A stretch of DNA of 64,000 nt, taken from the NCBI GenBank assembly GCA_904387375.1, contig CAJFLE010000006.1:6376-70375 (forward strand), read 5' to 3'. Below the pieces are notes generated by a model. That model saw only the letters and a program-made list of their open reading frames with translations. It was not told the DNA's origin and did not search any database. This DNA comes from Candidatus Protoclostridium gallicola (GTDB taxonomy: Bacteria; Bacillota; Clostridia; Christensenellales; Pumilibacteraceae). A program made the translations under genes and the position numbers. Position 1 is the stretch's first letter, and each line of letters begins with the position of its first letter. Positions 52,000 to 61,019 of this stretch are shown piece after piece.

Positions 52000-53034
52000 C
52001 TACCCGCTCTTTCTCAAGCGTCGTATCACCTCGCGGCAGACCCGTCCCATGAGCACGCCTTCGTCAAAGCACATGAAATCATCGAACAGCAGCAGTTTCC
52101 TGTCCTCTATCCCTATGGGACATACCACGTCATCGTCCATGATGTCGGATACGAAATACGCATACAAGCCCCGGGAGTACACTATCTTCTCCCCGGACTT
52201 CTCTATGTATTTCGTCAGATACGCTATGGCGTCGCCTATACGCCTTGCGTCCGTTATGTCCTCGAAATCGTTCCTGCCGAACTGCTCGAGAAAGTACGAG
52301 TTCTGATGCGTCATCTGCCGAGCATGCAATGAAAAACTGTAACCGCTCACGCTGCTCATCTCTCCCGGCATAGTCCCCTCCGGAATATGAAACAGACCGT
52401 GGAAGTGCAGCCGCTTCTTCTCGGGAGACCTTTCCCATACGCCAACGTACCGCCAGCCCTTGCGCGAGCACAAGTGACTGAGCGTGTTACGCAACTTCTT
52501 GCGGAAGCTCTCTTCAGTATGCAGTTTATCCGAATACGTAAACGTCACGAAATAATCGAAGTCCTGCATGTTAACTTTCCGAGTAAGGCGCATTCTGCGG
52601 GATATGAGATTGCGCTGCTTCCTATCGAACTGACCGTCCACATATATCCGAGCACTGCTCTCGTTCTTAAAGTATGGCAGCATTTCCGCAAGCACGGCTT
52701 CTTTCCTTTTGCTCCGCGGCAATTCTATGTACCTGTCGTACAGCTTGTCGAACAGCTCCTTTTTAGTCATACGCGTTTCGCGCGCATTATGACTTTCTGT
52801 TTTACCCGCTGCGGACACGCTCGTTTCCTCGGCGCTGCCGGCAGCACTCATATCGGTTGCACGAGAAACATCCCTGTCCGTTTGCCCGCTATCTGTGTAA
52901 GATAACGTCGGTTTCTCCCTTACCGTTATTTGTTCCTCTTTCCGCGGTCTGCGTTTTCTGACGGGGCGTTCCGTATGCGGTATCGCTATGTAGTGGCTCC
53001 CGTCGGAATAGATCTTGCAATGCCCGTATGGCAT
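52000..53034 (-). CDS. HUH-superfamily rolling-circle replication initiator (two-tyrosine type, Microviridae gpA/VP4-like)
   Basis: 344 aa. Motif I FVTFTY, motif II (HUH) RLHFHGLFH, motif III with two Tyr AIAYLTKYIEKSG (compare YVAKYVNK in phiX174 A protein, recalled from memory). AGGAGGAA RBS. Confidence 0.6.
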   Translation of the reverse strand: MPYGHCKIYSDGSHYIAIPHTERPVRKRRPRKEEQITVREKPTLSYTDSGQTDRDVSRATDMSAAGSAEETSVSAAGKTESHNARETRMTKKELFDKLYDRYIELPRSKRKEAVLAEMLPYFKNESSARIYVDGQFDRKQRNLISRRMRLTRKVNMQDFDYFVTFTYSDKLHTEESFRKKLRNTLSHLCSRKGWRYVGVWERSPEKKRLHFHGLFHIPEGTMPGEMSSVSGYSFSLHARQMTHQNSYFLEQFGRNDFEDITDARRIGDAIAYLTKYIEKSGEKIVYSRGLYAYFVSDIMDDDVVCPIGIEDRKLLLFDDFMCFDEGVLMGRVCREVIRRLRKSG

Positions 53035-53520
53035 GATTGTTTCCTCCTTTTTGCTATATGGTTTTAATTGCGAGATAAAGCCGGAGAATGCTTTCTCCGA
53101 CTTTATCCTTTTTTCATGCCGGACGTCCGCTCATGCGGGTATCTCTCTCCGGCATCCGTATACAGTGAGTTTATGAAGTAACTGTTCTGCCCTTTAAGTT
53201 CCTCTACCATTGCTTTTGTACCCGCATACTCCGGGTAATTTATGATCCCCGTTCCGCTCTTTAATGCCATATCGTTAAAGTGATCGCTGAAACAGTCCGT
53301 GGAAAACGTGTAAATCCAAATACATAGGGGCTGTCGCGCTAATCGGCAGCCCCTTCTGCGGCGCCTTGTCTATGACTTAGCGCTTTTACCAATAAGGCGG
53401 GCGGAAAGCAAGTGACCTTTCCTCCTGCCTTCATAATTTTCTTCGAGAATGCGTCTGTCGCCGTATTTTTTATAAAAGTAATAAGGAAATATACACGCCC
53501 ACGCCGACCGAACCGATCTC

Positions 53521-54504
53521 TTAAAAAGACATATTTTTCAAAAAAGCCGTCGCTTCGTCCGGCCAGGCGCGAGCCTCTTCATACTCCTGCGCTACGCCTA
53601 ACCCGTGCGCCGTAGTGCCGTTGTCGTCGTATACGTGGCACTCGTTGTATACGCCCGCCTTATCTAGCGCTTCCGCCATCGCATACGTATTTCCCGAATT
53701 GACGGTTCCGTCCTTTTCGTGACACCACAAAAAACAGGGCGGCGTATTCGCGGTAACGCACTTCTCCGCCGAAAAACGGTCGTATAAAGCCTTGTCACCG
53801 CCCGAAAAAATCTTTCTCGTAGACTTATTCGCCAACTCGTCCTGAAAGGACAGCGCCGCGTAACAGAGTACGCCCGCGTTCGGTTTTGCGCTGATTTTAT
53901 CGTACTCGTCGGGAACGTAGTTTTCATCGTCCGGAACCCACTCGTCCTGCGTCAGCAACATGGCGGCAAGGTGTCCCCCCGCAGAGTAACCCTGTACGAC
54001 GATCTTGTCTTTCGAAAGGTAATATTTCTCCGCATTTCCCCTCACAATCCGCATTGCCCGCGCAGCGTCCGACAGAATATGCCGATAATCCGCGTTCGGT
54101 TCCACCGCCGTCGTCCGATAATTGACCACGAATACGGAAATGCCCCTTTCGTTATACCATGCCGCGATGGAGGAAGATTCCTTCTGATTGCCGTTATTAT
54201 CCACGCCCTGACCGTATCCCTTTACGTCCGAAGTGGAATTGGACAGATGATTGTAGCCTCCGCCCGGGAATACGAGCACCGCCCCGCCGGTCGGATACGC
54301 CGCGAGATAGGGCGTCATAAAACAGAACTCTCTGCAATCGTCGCCGTAAGGCACGTTTCCCTCATCATAGAGGTATATTTTTTCATGTAAGAGACTTGCC
54401 GCCGTATTGTCTATCCGTTCGCTGTTTCCCGCCGCGGCACAGGAAACGGACGACAACAATGCCATAAAAACGAATACCGAAATTAAAATAGACTTAATTT
54501 TCAT
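53521..54504 (-). CDS. Secreted alpha/beta-hydrolase (carbohydrate esterase/lipase-like)
   Basis: Signal peptide MKIKSILISVFVFMALLSSVSCAAA. VLVFPGGGY oxyanion region, nucleophile elbow QGYSAGGH, C-terminal ..GTTAHGLG.. His. Confidence 0.75.
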   Translation of the reverse strand: MKIKSILISVFVFMALLSSVSCAAAGNSERIDNTAASLLHEKIYLYDEGNVPYGDDCREFCFMTPYLAAYPTGGAVLVFPGGGYNHLSNSTSDVKGYGQGVDNNGNQKESSSIAAWYNERGISVFVVNYRTTAVEPNADYRHILSDAARAMRIVRGNAEKYYLSKDKIVVQGYSAGGHLAAMLLTQDEWVPDDENYVPDEYDKISAKPNAGVLCYAALSFQDELANKSTRKIFSGGDKALYDRFSAEKCVTANTPPCFLWCHEKDGTVNSGNTYAMAEALDKAGVYNECHVYDDNGTTAHGLGVAQEYEEARAWPDEATAFLKNMSF

Positions 54505-57500
54505 TTTTCATGACCCTTCTCTCCTTGATTTTTTGGGAAACAATCGAATAAACCAGCAACGCCGCACTGAAAACGAGCAAAACTCCGATTACGATCCGCG
54601 CGACGGTAATTGCGTTTACCCACGCGGGCGTTATGATCTTTACGCGCGTGTTGGCGCTGAAACCATTCATGGCGTTGCTATGAACGACCGTATAGAGTAT
54701 CCTGTGCGCCGATTCCCGCATTGCCCACGCCAATTCCCCGTAGCCGTATTCGTAATTGTTATATATTCCGATGCAGGAATAATCGGGGATATCGTTTCCC
54801 GCGAGCACGCCGTAATCGATGGTCATGTAATTTTTCACCGGATTGTCCGAAATCGCCATACCGCTCATTCCGAACTCGGCGCGCAGAACGGTATTGACGA
54901 AGCCGTGCGCGCCCGTCCATTTTGTGCCGATGCGGTTGAATCCCGTCATCACGCACGCCGCGCCGCCTTCCTCTATCGCAATTTCAAAGGGGCGTAGATA
55001 CAATTCCCGTATCGTCTGCTCGTTCGCCCAGGTGCCTATGCCGTGACGGTCCGTTTCCTGATCGTTCAATACGCAATGTTTCAGATAGACGTAGACGCCC
55101 TTTTCTCCGATTCCGTCGGTCAGGGCGGCGCAGACGTAACCGGACAAAAACGGATCTTCGCTGAAATATTCAAAACTTCTGCCGCAATACGGGCTTCTGT
55201 GCAGATTGACGCTCGGTCCGTACAATCCGCTATACCCCGCCCAAAGGCAGTCCTCGCCCCATTGTCTGCCGTATTCTTTCATCAATCGGATGTTGAAAGT
55301 GGAAGCCGCTATGCCGCTGCACGGATAGATCGCGGCAAACCCGTCCTTATCCGGATCGCCAAGCCTTTGAGCAAGTCCGTTTTCTCCCGTCGAAAACGCC
55401 TGACACATACCGTTCGACCCGTTATGATCGACCGTCGCCGGCTTCGCCACGGAAGCAAGTCCGACCGTGGTGCGCTGCGCCTGTTCCAACAGAGAAACGG
55501 TATCCGACCACGTAAGCTGGTCTAAAAAGTCCTCCCACATCGGATTGTCGTACTCTATCGGTTGACCGTTCTCGTATGCACGCAGATCGATGAGATTATA
55601 GGAAGTGTTTTCCGAGCCGTAAACGGGGTATTCCACGTCGTCCTCTGCAGGCGCCATATTTTTCAAGTCGGAAATCATCCGTTCGGTCAGTGAAAGTTTC
55701 ACGCTGGCGTCCGTACTCTTCCCGCTTCCGTAGTAACCGAGTCGAACCGTCCCCGCCCAATTACTGCGGCTGACGTATTCGAACGCGTCGGCGTTTTCCC
55801 CCGCGCCTTCGTATATTTTCAGATCGGCGTCGTCGAAACGGTTGGTGATTTTTACCTTTTCTCCCGAAGCGGAAGAATACGCGTAACTCTCTGCGTCCGT
55901 CCTTTCCACCCGATATTCGCATACCGCCGCCGCGTCGCCGGCCGAAGTCATCGCATCGCTCTCGTACCCGCGGAAAGCTAAAATATTATTTACCGCTTCG
56001 TGCGCGTTTTTCGCAGCGGTAAAATAATACGTTCCCTTTTCAAGGATATACGTTTTATACCCGTACGCATCGTAAGAAGCCAGATATTTCCCGTCGACCT
56101 CCGCCGTTACGGTCTGCGTTTCGCCCGGCTGTAACAGTTCGGTCTTTCCGAAACCGACGAGTTCCGCGGCGCTCTTTTCCAGACCGACGGAAACGTCGTA
56201 ATCGGTATACGGTTTACGGACGTAAAACTGCACGGTTTCCTTACCCGCGACTTCTCCCGCGTTTGTCACGTCCACGGACAGACTGCATACGATTTTTCCC
56301 TCCCGATCCGTTATCTCCGTTTTAAAGTCGGAATATTCGAAAGAGGTATATGACAAGCCGTATCCGAAGGGATAACTCACCGTTTGGGCGTAATCGAACG
56401 CGCCCGTTGTCGCCGCTCCCGTCACGAAGTCCTCATAACGCGTTTCGGCATACCGATAGCCGTTATAGATTCCCTCCTGATACACTACGTAAGACGCTGA
56501 AGGGTCCGAAGAAGTCTCCTTATCGGCATATTTCATCGATCCGAAATTCGCCAGAACGGGATTCTTGTAATGATATTTCCAAAAAGTATCCGAAAGTCTG
56601 CCCGACGGATTGACCGCGCCGGTGAGTATATCGCCGACCGCGCGCGTTCCCTCCGAACCGACTAATCCGATCCACAGCAGCGCGTCGATCCCGTATTCCT
56701 CGTTATCGGCAAATTCGCACTCCACGGCACTCGGCGTATTCATCAGTACGATTATTTTTTTGAATACGCTGCCTTTGAGGGACTTCAAGCCCTTCAATAC
56801 GCTTATCTCCGATGGCGAAAGTTTCAGATAATTGCCGTCCGTCATATCCGAAGAATCGCCCGTATTGACTTTCATATCGGCGTTTTCGCCTCCCGAACGG
56901 GAAAGGACGAAGATCGCGGCGTCCGAATACCCTTCGTAAGAATCCTTCGTATCGGGATAAACAGCCGACCACGGCGCGTCGGAAATACCCAGTTTTTTCA
57001 ACATTCCCACCGTCTTTGCCGCGCTGTCCGTATCGTCCCGACGATACTCTCTGTGCGCGCCGTACCAATTCCACAGGACGGGATTTACCTCGACTCCGGA
57101 ATCGGCGAGAGCCGTTTTCAGATCGGTAATCTCGGTGGCGTTTGCACCCGCGCCCGAGCCGTAGCCCCTTGCGCAGACGTCCACGGAGGAATAGCTGAAC
57201 AGACTGACTCGCGCGCCTTTTCCCAGCGGAAGAGCGCCCTGATTTTTCAGGAGCGTCGCGCCCTCCGCCTCCACCGCGCGGCAATATTCCGCCCCCGCCG
57301 CCTGCACTTCCTTTACGCTGTCATATGCGGATTTATAATATTCCGTGTCTCCCGCTTCATCTCCGTTCCACTCGATGATCTGCGTCTGTATACCAAAAAA
57401 ATCGTTTACCGCCTTGGCGTTTTCCAGCATTATTGAGCCGCCCGTCACGGCGATACCGAGCAAAAAAGCCGTTACTGTTGTCGTTATCTTTGCAATCAAA

Positions 57501-57517
57501 TTCAATTTATTCTTCAT
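54494..57517 (-). CDS. GH3 family glycosidase, permuted domain order, N- and C-terminal membrane anchors
   Basis: 1007 aa. Fn3-like VQFYVRKPYTDYDVSVGLEKSAAELVGFGKT. Catalytic KHCVLNDQE, RELYLRPFE, GMAISDN near the C-terminus. TM helices at both ends. Confidence 0.85.
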   Translation of the reverse strand: MKNKLNLIAKITTTVTAFLLGIAVTGGSIMLENAKAVNDFFGIQTQIIEWNGDEAGDTEYYKSAYDSVKEVQAAGAEYCRAVEAEGATLLKNQGALPLGKGARVSLFSYSSVDVCARGYGSGAGANATEITDLKTALADSGVEVNPVLWNWYGAHREYRRDDTDSAAKTVGMLKKLGISDAPWSAVYPDTKDSYEGYSDAAIFVLSRSGGENADMKVNTGDSSDMTDGNYLKLSPSEISVLKGLKSLKGSVFKKIIVLMNTPSAVECEFADNEEYGIDALLWIGLVGSEGTRAVGDILTGAVNPSGRLSDTFWKYHYKNPVLANFGSMKYADKETSSDPSASYVVYQEGIYNGYRYAETRYEDFVTGAATTGAFDYAQTVSYPFGYGLSYTSFEYSDFKTEITDREGKIVCSLSVDVTNAGEVAGKETVQFYVRKPYTDYDVSVGLEKSAAELVGFGKTELLQPGETQTVTAEVDGKYLASYDAYGYKTYILEKGTYYFTAAKNAHEAVNNILAFRGYESDAMTSAGDAAAVCEYRVERTDAESYAYSSASGEKVKITNRFDDADLKIYEGAGENADAFEYVSRSNWAGTVRLGYYGSGKSTDASVKLSLTERMISDLKNMAPAEDDVEYPVYGSENTSYNLIDLRAYENGQPIEYDNPMWEDFLDQLTWSDTVSLLEQAQRTTVGLASVAKPATVDHNGSNGMCQAFSTGENGLAQRLGDPDKDGFAAIYPCSGIAASTFNIRLMKEYGRQWGEDCLWAGYSGLYGPSVNLHRSPYCGRSFEYFSEDPFLSGYVCAALTDGIGEKGVYVYLKHCVLNDQETDRHGIGTWANEQTIRELYLRPFEIAIEEGGAACVMTGFNRIGTKWTGAHGFVNTVLRAEFGMSGMAISDNPVKNYMTIDYGVLAGNDIPDYSCIGIYNNYEYGYGELAWAMRESAHRILYTVVHSNAMNGFSANTRVKIITPAWVNAITVARIVIGVLLVFSAALLVYSIVSQKIKERRVMKNEN

Positions 57518-57941
57518 CTTCTGCCCTCCTGTACATCTTCATGAATATGCCTGCAACGCTCAAGCCTCCTCCGATGAGAAGGAGTAAAAAACACGCCGAA
57601 AATCCGCCGTCGAGCGAAGATATCGCCGCCGCGGTCACGCCGCCGTAAAAGACGTCCGAAAGATAAATCACCTGATGGGATAAAAATTGCAACAGCGCGA
57701 CGTAAAGACAGACGGCGAGAACGGCGGGCGCAAAAGGCGCGGTAGGTCTGAAAATGCCGAGCGCAGTAAAAGCAACGCCGCCGACGAGCGGCAGGAGAAA
57801 AGCGACGAAAGAAAAGCGTTCCGCATCTGTCCAAAAACAAGCGCCGTATATCGCAGCCACGACGAAAGCGCATAGCGCGGCGGTGGCCGAAAGTACGTAT
57901 CCGACCGTTCTCTCGGCTAAAAACTTCCTCAATTTATTCAT
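57507..57941 (-). CDS. Small polytopic membrane protein, unknown function
   Basis: 144 aa with 4 hydrophobic helices. 11-nt overlap with the downstream GH3 start. Confidence 0.55.
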   Translation of the reverse strand: MNKLRKFLAERTVGYVLSATAALCAFVVAAIYGACFWTDAERFSFVAFLLPLVGGVAFTALGIFRPTAPFAPAVLAVCLYVALLQFLSHQVIYLSDVFYGGVTAAAISSLDGGFSACFLLLLIGGGLSVAGIFMKMYRRAEDEE

Positions 57942-57966
57942 TTTATTTACCTGTTCCCCTTTGGTT

Positions 57967-58851
57967 CTATAACCCGAAAGTAACGTACACGGGACAATGG
58001 TCGCTGGCGAAATACGCCTCCCGCGTGCGAATGATGCGATGCTGATACAACGCGGCGTCCGAAAAAACGTGATCTATGGAAAGTCCGGCTTTGCTCTTTT
58101 CGACCCCGAGCGAGTGAGACGTGCGCAGACCGTCCTGCATATTTTCCTCCGCCGATTTCTCGGCGTCTCTATATCCCGCCTCGACGATCGCCGCGTACGC
58201 GCCCGACGTACTGTCGAAATTACAATCGCCAGATATTACCGTCTTTATCTGCGTTCCGTACTCTTTTTTTACTTGGTCTATCTTTTCAAGCAACTGGCGG
58301 GCGTTCCCCAGATGCCATTCCTCTTCCACGGCGTCCCGTTCCTCCTGCGTAAGATCCTGATACCCTTCGTATTTCGTAAGACATTTTACGCCGTGAAAAT
58401 TGACGCATAACAACTTACCGCAGCCCTTGCTCTCCAACAACAGCCAACTCAACGTCTTGGTGTTCGTCGGTTTGAATCCGTCGGTCAGGAGCTCCGCGCC
58501 GCCGTCTATATAATCGAACTTTTCCGTATTGAAAAGTATGGGCGTACGCAACGTTTCGCCCTCCAACGGAATATCCGATACGAAATACTCGGAATGGGCG
58601 GAGACGAAAGGCTGAATGAATTTGGTATACGCCTGCGGACTCGCCTCCTGCATTTGCAGGACGTCCGGTAAATTTTCTTCCAGAACGGTAGCGAAACTGT
58701 CGCCGTCGCCGTTACCGAGAAATACGTTCCATGTCAGAACGGAAAATTCTTCCTCCTTTCCGCCCGCGTCACAGGAGGCGAACGGAAAGAGAAGACACAG
58801 CGAAAAAACGAGCGCAAGCAGTCCCGCGATTTTTTTTCTGTGGCGTACCAT
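57967..58851 (-). CDS. Endonuclease/exonuclease/phosphatase (EEP) family lipoprotein
   Basis: Lipobox LLFPFASC. VLTWNVF N-terminal motif and terminal SDHCPVYVTF motif of the EEP fold. Confidence 0.75.
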   Translation of the reverse strand: MVRHRKKIAGLLALVFSLCLLFPFASCDAGGKEEEFSVLTWNVFLGNGDGDSFATVLEENLPDVLQMQEASPQAYTKFIQPFVSAHSEYFVSDIPLEGETLRTPILFNTEKFDYIDGGAELLTDGFKPTNTKTLSWLLLESKGCGKLLCVNFHGVKCLTKYEGYQDLTQEERDAVEEEWHLGNARQLLEKIDQVKKEYGTQIKTVISGDCNFDSTSGAYAAIVEAGYRDAEKSAEENMQDGLRTSHSLGVEKSKAGLSIDHVFSDAALYQHRIIRTREAYFASDHCPVYVTFGL

Positions 58852-58854
58852 AGG

Positions 58855-59979
58855 TTACACTCCGAGCAGAATATTGCGCACCGAAGTATACGTCTCCGCG
58901 CTCACGCCGATGGAAAGAAAATAATTTTCCACCCGTTCCCGCAACGTATCCCCCGCGAAATCGCCGCCCGCGGCAAGCTGACGGATGTATTTGTTCTTGC
59001 TGTTATCCGGCGTCTTTGCCTCGCCTATATTTCCGAAATTGGAAAAGAGGTAATCCTTCATGAGATCATCTTCGCTCATGCCGCAAAGCGCGCCGATGAG
59101 ATAGGCCATCATGCCCGTTCTGTCCGTTCCGATATTACAATGATAATATACGGGATAATGGCTCTCGTCCGCTATATATTCCATAAATTGCTTTATCATT
59201 TTCGCGTTATCGTCTATCGCGCTCAATCCGTTCATGGGTATGCGGATATAGTTTTCCACCCCAGGAACGGCGCTCTCCGCCGCCTTATCCGCAGGATATC
59301 CGTTGCGGTTTAAAAGGCGCAGATCGATTTCCGATTTTATTTTCAACTGATTTTCAAATACGTCTATCCCCTTTTCGGTAATCTCCGGCACGAACGTTTC
59401 GGGCGCCGTAGCATAGCCGTCGTCGTTGACGTCGCTCTTGTTCAGTCTCGCGCCGCGATACAGAAGTCCCTGACGAATCCGCCTCCCGTAAGAGGTCATA
59501 TAACCGCCCATGTCCCGCACGTTGGTAACGCCGTCCACGTAAAGATTGCGCGGGCATACGTCCGAAGTCGTAAAGACGCCCTCGGCAACCCCGTCCGAAG
59601 AGGATACTTTCCAATGGTATTCGGTCGCCACTTTCAGATTGTATACTTCCACTTCCCTATCGTTTACGACGTAAGTCAATGCGTCCGAATAATCGGCGTA
59701 TTCCGAAACGGTTACCGTATATTCGGTGCAGTCGGACGAATCGGACCAGCGGAGCAAAATGCCTTCGGGGCGGGATTTTTCGCTCGTCCCGTCGGCGTAC
59801 GCCACGATTGCGGCGTAATCGCCCTGTACGAAGGACAACTGATCCGCCGTATGAAAATCGATCGCCGCAGCGTAAGTTTCAAGTTGTAAAGAGGAGTTTC
59901 CGCATGCGGTCAACGCCGTCAGGGAAAACGCCAGCGCAAAGGCGACGAACACCGCCGTAAATTTATTCTTTTTCTTCAT
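58855..59979 (-). CDS. Lipoprotein with Fn3-like N-domain and protein-tyrosine-phosphatase-like (Y_phosphatase3) domain
   Basis: Lipobox SLTALTAC. CX5R P-loop YYHCNIGTDRTGMMAYL. Confidence 0.75.
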   Translation of the reverse strand: MKKKNKFTAVFVAFALAFSLTALTACGNSSLQLETYAAAIDFHTADQLSFVQGDYAAIVAYADGTSEKSRPEGILLRWSDSSDCTEYTVTVSEYADYSDALTYVVNDREVEVYNLKVATEYHWKVSSSDGVAEGVFTTSDVCPRNLYVDGVTNVRDMGGYMTSYGRRIRQGLLYRGARLNKSDVNDDGYATAPETFVPEITEKGIDVFENQLKIKSEIDLRLLNRNGYPADKAAESAVPGVENYIRIPMNGLSAIDDNAKMIKQFMEYIADESHYPVYYHCNIGTDRTGMMAYLIGALCGMSEDDLMKDYLFSNFGNIGEAKTPDNSKNKYIRQLAAGGDFAGDTLRERVENYFLSIGVSAETYTSVRNILLGV

Positions 59980-60003
59980 GTTTTCCTCCTTGCTGTTCGG
60001 TAT

Positions 60004-60924
60004 TTAAACGCTTTCGCCCTCGACGTACGGCTGACATTCGGGCGCCTTGCCCGTCAATACGTGTTCGGCCGTATTTCTGCCCGCGTCGTTGCCGACGATA
60101 TTGTAGGCGGCCTGAATGTAATGGTTGTTCAGATGCATCATGCTCTCTGGCATGCCCGCCAGCTTTCTGGACACGAGTGTCATATCGTCGTTGTTTTCGC
60201 ACATCGTCGCCTGCAACTCGCCGAAGCGAAGATATTTGTCGTGCTTTTCGGGGCTGATACTCTCCATGTACGTGCCGATGGCGATCAGATAGCAATGTTG
60301 CACCCCCGCGCTCTTCATCGTATTAACGATGTTGCGCATATTTGCGTTGTATTCATCGTAGCCCACGCCGTTGCCCGCGTCGCTTTCGCCCTGCAACCAA
60401 ACCATAAAAATATTGCGCACTTCGTATTCGTCCTGCGAATACATATAATTGATGCAGAGTTCAAGTCTGCTCTTCGCCTCTTCGACCAGCCCGTTCCCGG
60501 GTTGCCATTCGTAAGAGTTTGTTCCGCCTTGACTTGCGGAAACGCCTATGATGGGCACGCCCGTCCGGGTATAGTACGCCTCGCAAAAAGCCGAAACGAG
60601 ACTACCCGTTTTTTTGTTCCTCGTACCTGTTATATCGCTCAGCCTGTCGTTGTTTTCGTTTTCCCCGAAAGGTTCGGACATGGGGTACAGCTTCGTGGGG
60701 TCCGTCACTGCTCTGAACTCAAAGCCGTGCCCCTCGCCGCAGCGGACGGAATCCTCCGCACTCCCTCTTCCCGCCATATTCGACTGCCCCATAAATACGA
60801 CGACATCCGCGTAATTCTCTTTCGTCTGCGTGGAAGAATCGCTTCCCTCCGCGCTGCAACCGCCGAGCGAAAACGCAAATATCGCCGCCAGCAACACGCA
60901 TAAAAATATTTTTTTCTTTTTCAT
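60004..60924 (-). CDS. SASA/DUF303-type (sialate O-acetylesterase-like) SGNH esterase lipoprotein
   Basis: Lipobox FSLGGC. VVVFMGQSNMAGRG catalytic-Ser motif. ..MVWLQGESD.. Confidence 0.7.
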   Translation of the reverse strand: MKKKKIFLCVLLAAIFAFSLGGCSAEGSDSSTQTKENYADVVVFMGQSNMAGRGSAEDSVRCGEGHGFEFRAVTDPTKLYPMSEPFGENENNDRLSDITGTRNKKTGSLVSAFCEAYYTRTGVPIIGVSASQGGTNSYEWQPGNGLVEEAKSRLELCINYMYSQDEYEVRNIFMVWLQGESDAGNGVGYDEYNANMRNIVNTMKSAGVQHCYLIAIGTYMESISPEKHDKYLRFGELQATMCENNDDMTLVSRKLAGMPESMMHLNNHYIQAAYNIVGNDAGRNTAEHVLTGKAPECQPYVEGESV

Positions 60925-61019
60925 GTTTCGTAATCCTTATTACCAGATATTTTTATCGCGAATTGATTTTTCTCCGCCGCGACGCCGTCCGCCGCGGCGG
61001 AGTCTGCCTTTATTCTCGA

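Larger units (their letters stand above)
50943..53330. mobile_element. AT-rich mosaic insertion: remnant of a small HUH-Rep (rolling-circle) element carrying foreign gene fragments. The right boundary is approximate.
   Basis: There is an abrupt drop in GC after the palindrome. It contains the Rep gene, a 3'-truncated Bro-N gene fused to a GH3 3' fragment, and no integrase or capsid gene. Confidence 0.45.

Noticed and set aside
53101-53268. 55-codon minus-strand ORF (MALKSGTGIINYPEYAGTKAMVEELKGQNSY..) upstream of the Rep gene.
   Set aside because: It is too short, with no RBS or recognisable motif. It may be another gene fragment within the mosaic, but this cannot be supported from sequence alone.
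60972-61002. 10-bp GC-rich hairpin (CTCCGCCGCG..CGCGGCGGAG) between the Ig-repeat lipoprotein and the SASA esterase genes.
   Set aside because: No T-tract follows it in the direction of transcription. It may affect mRNA stability, but I cannot call it a terminator.
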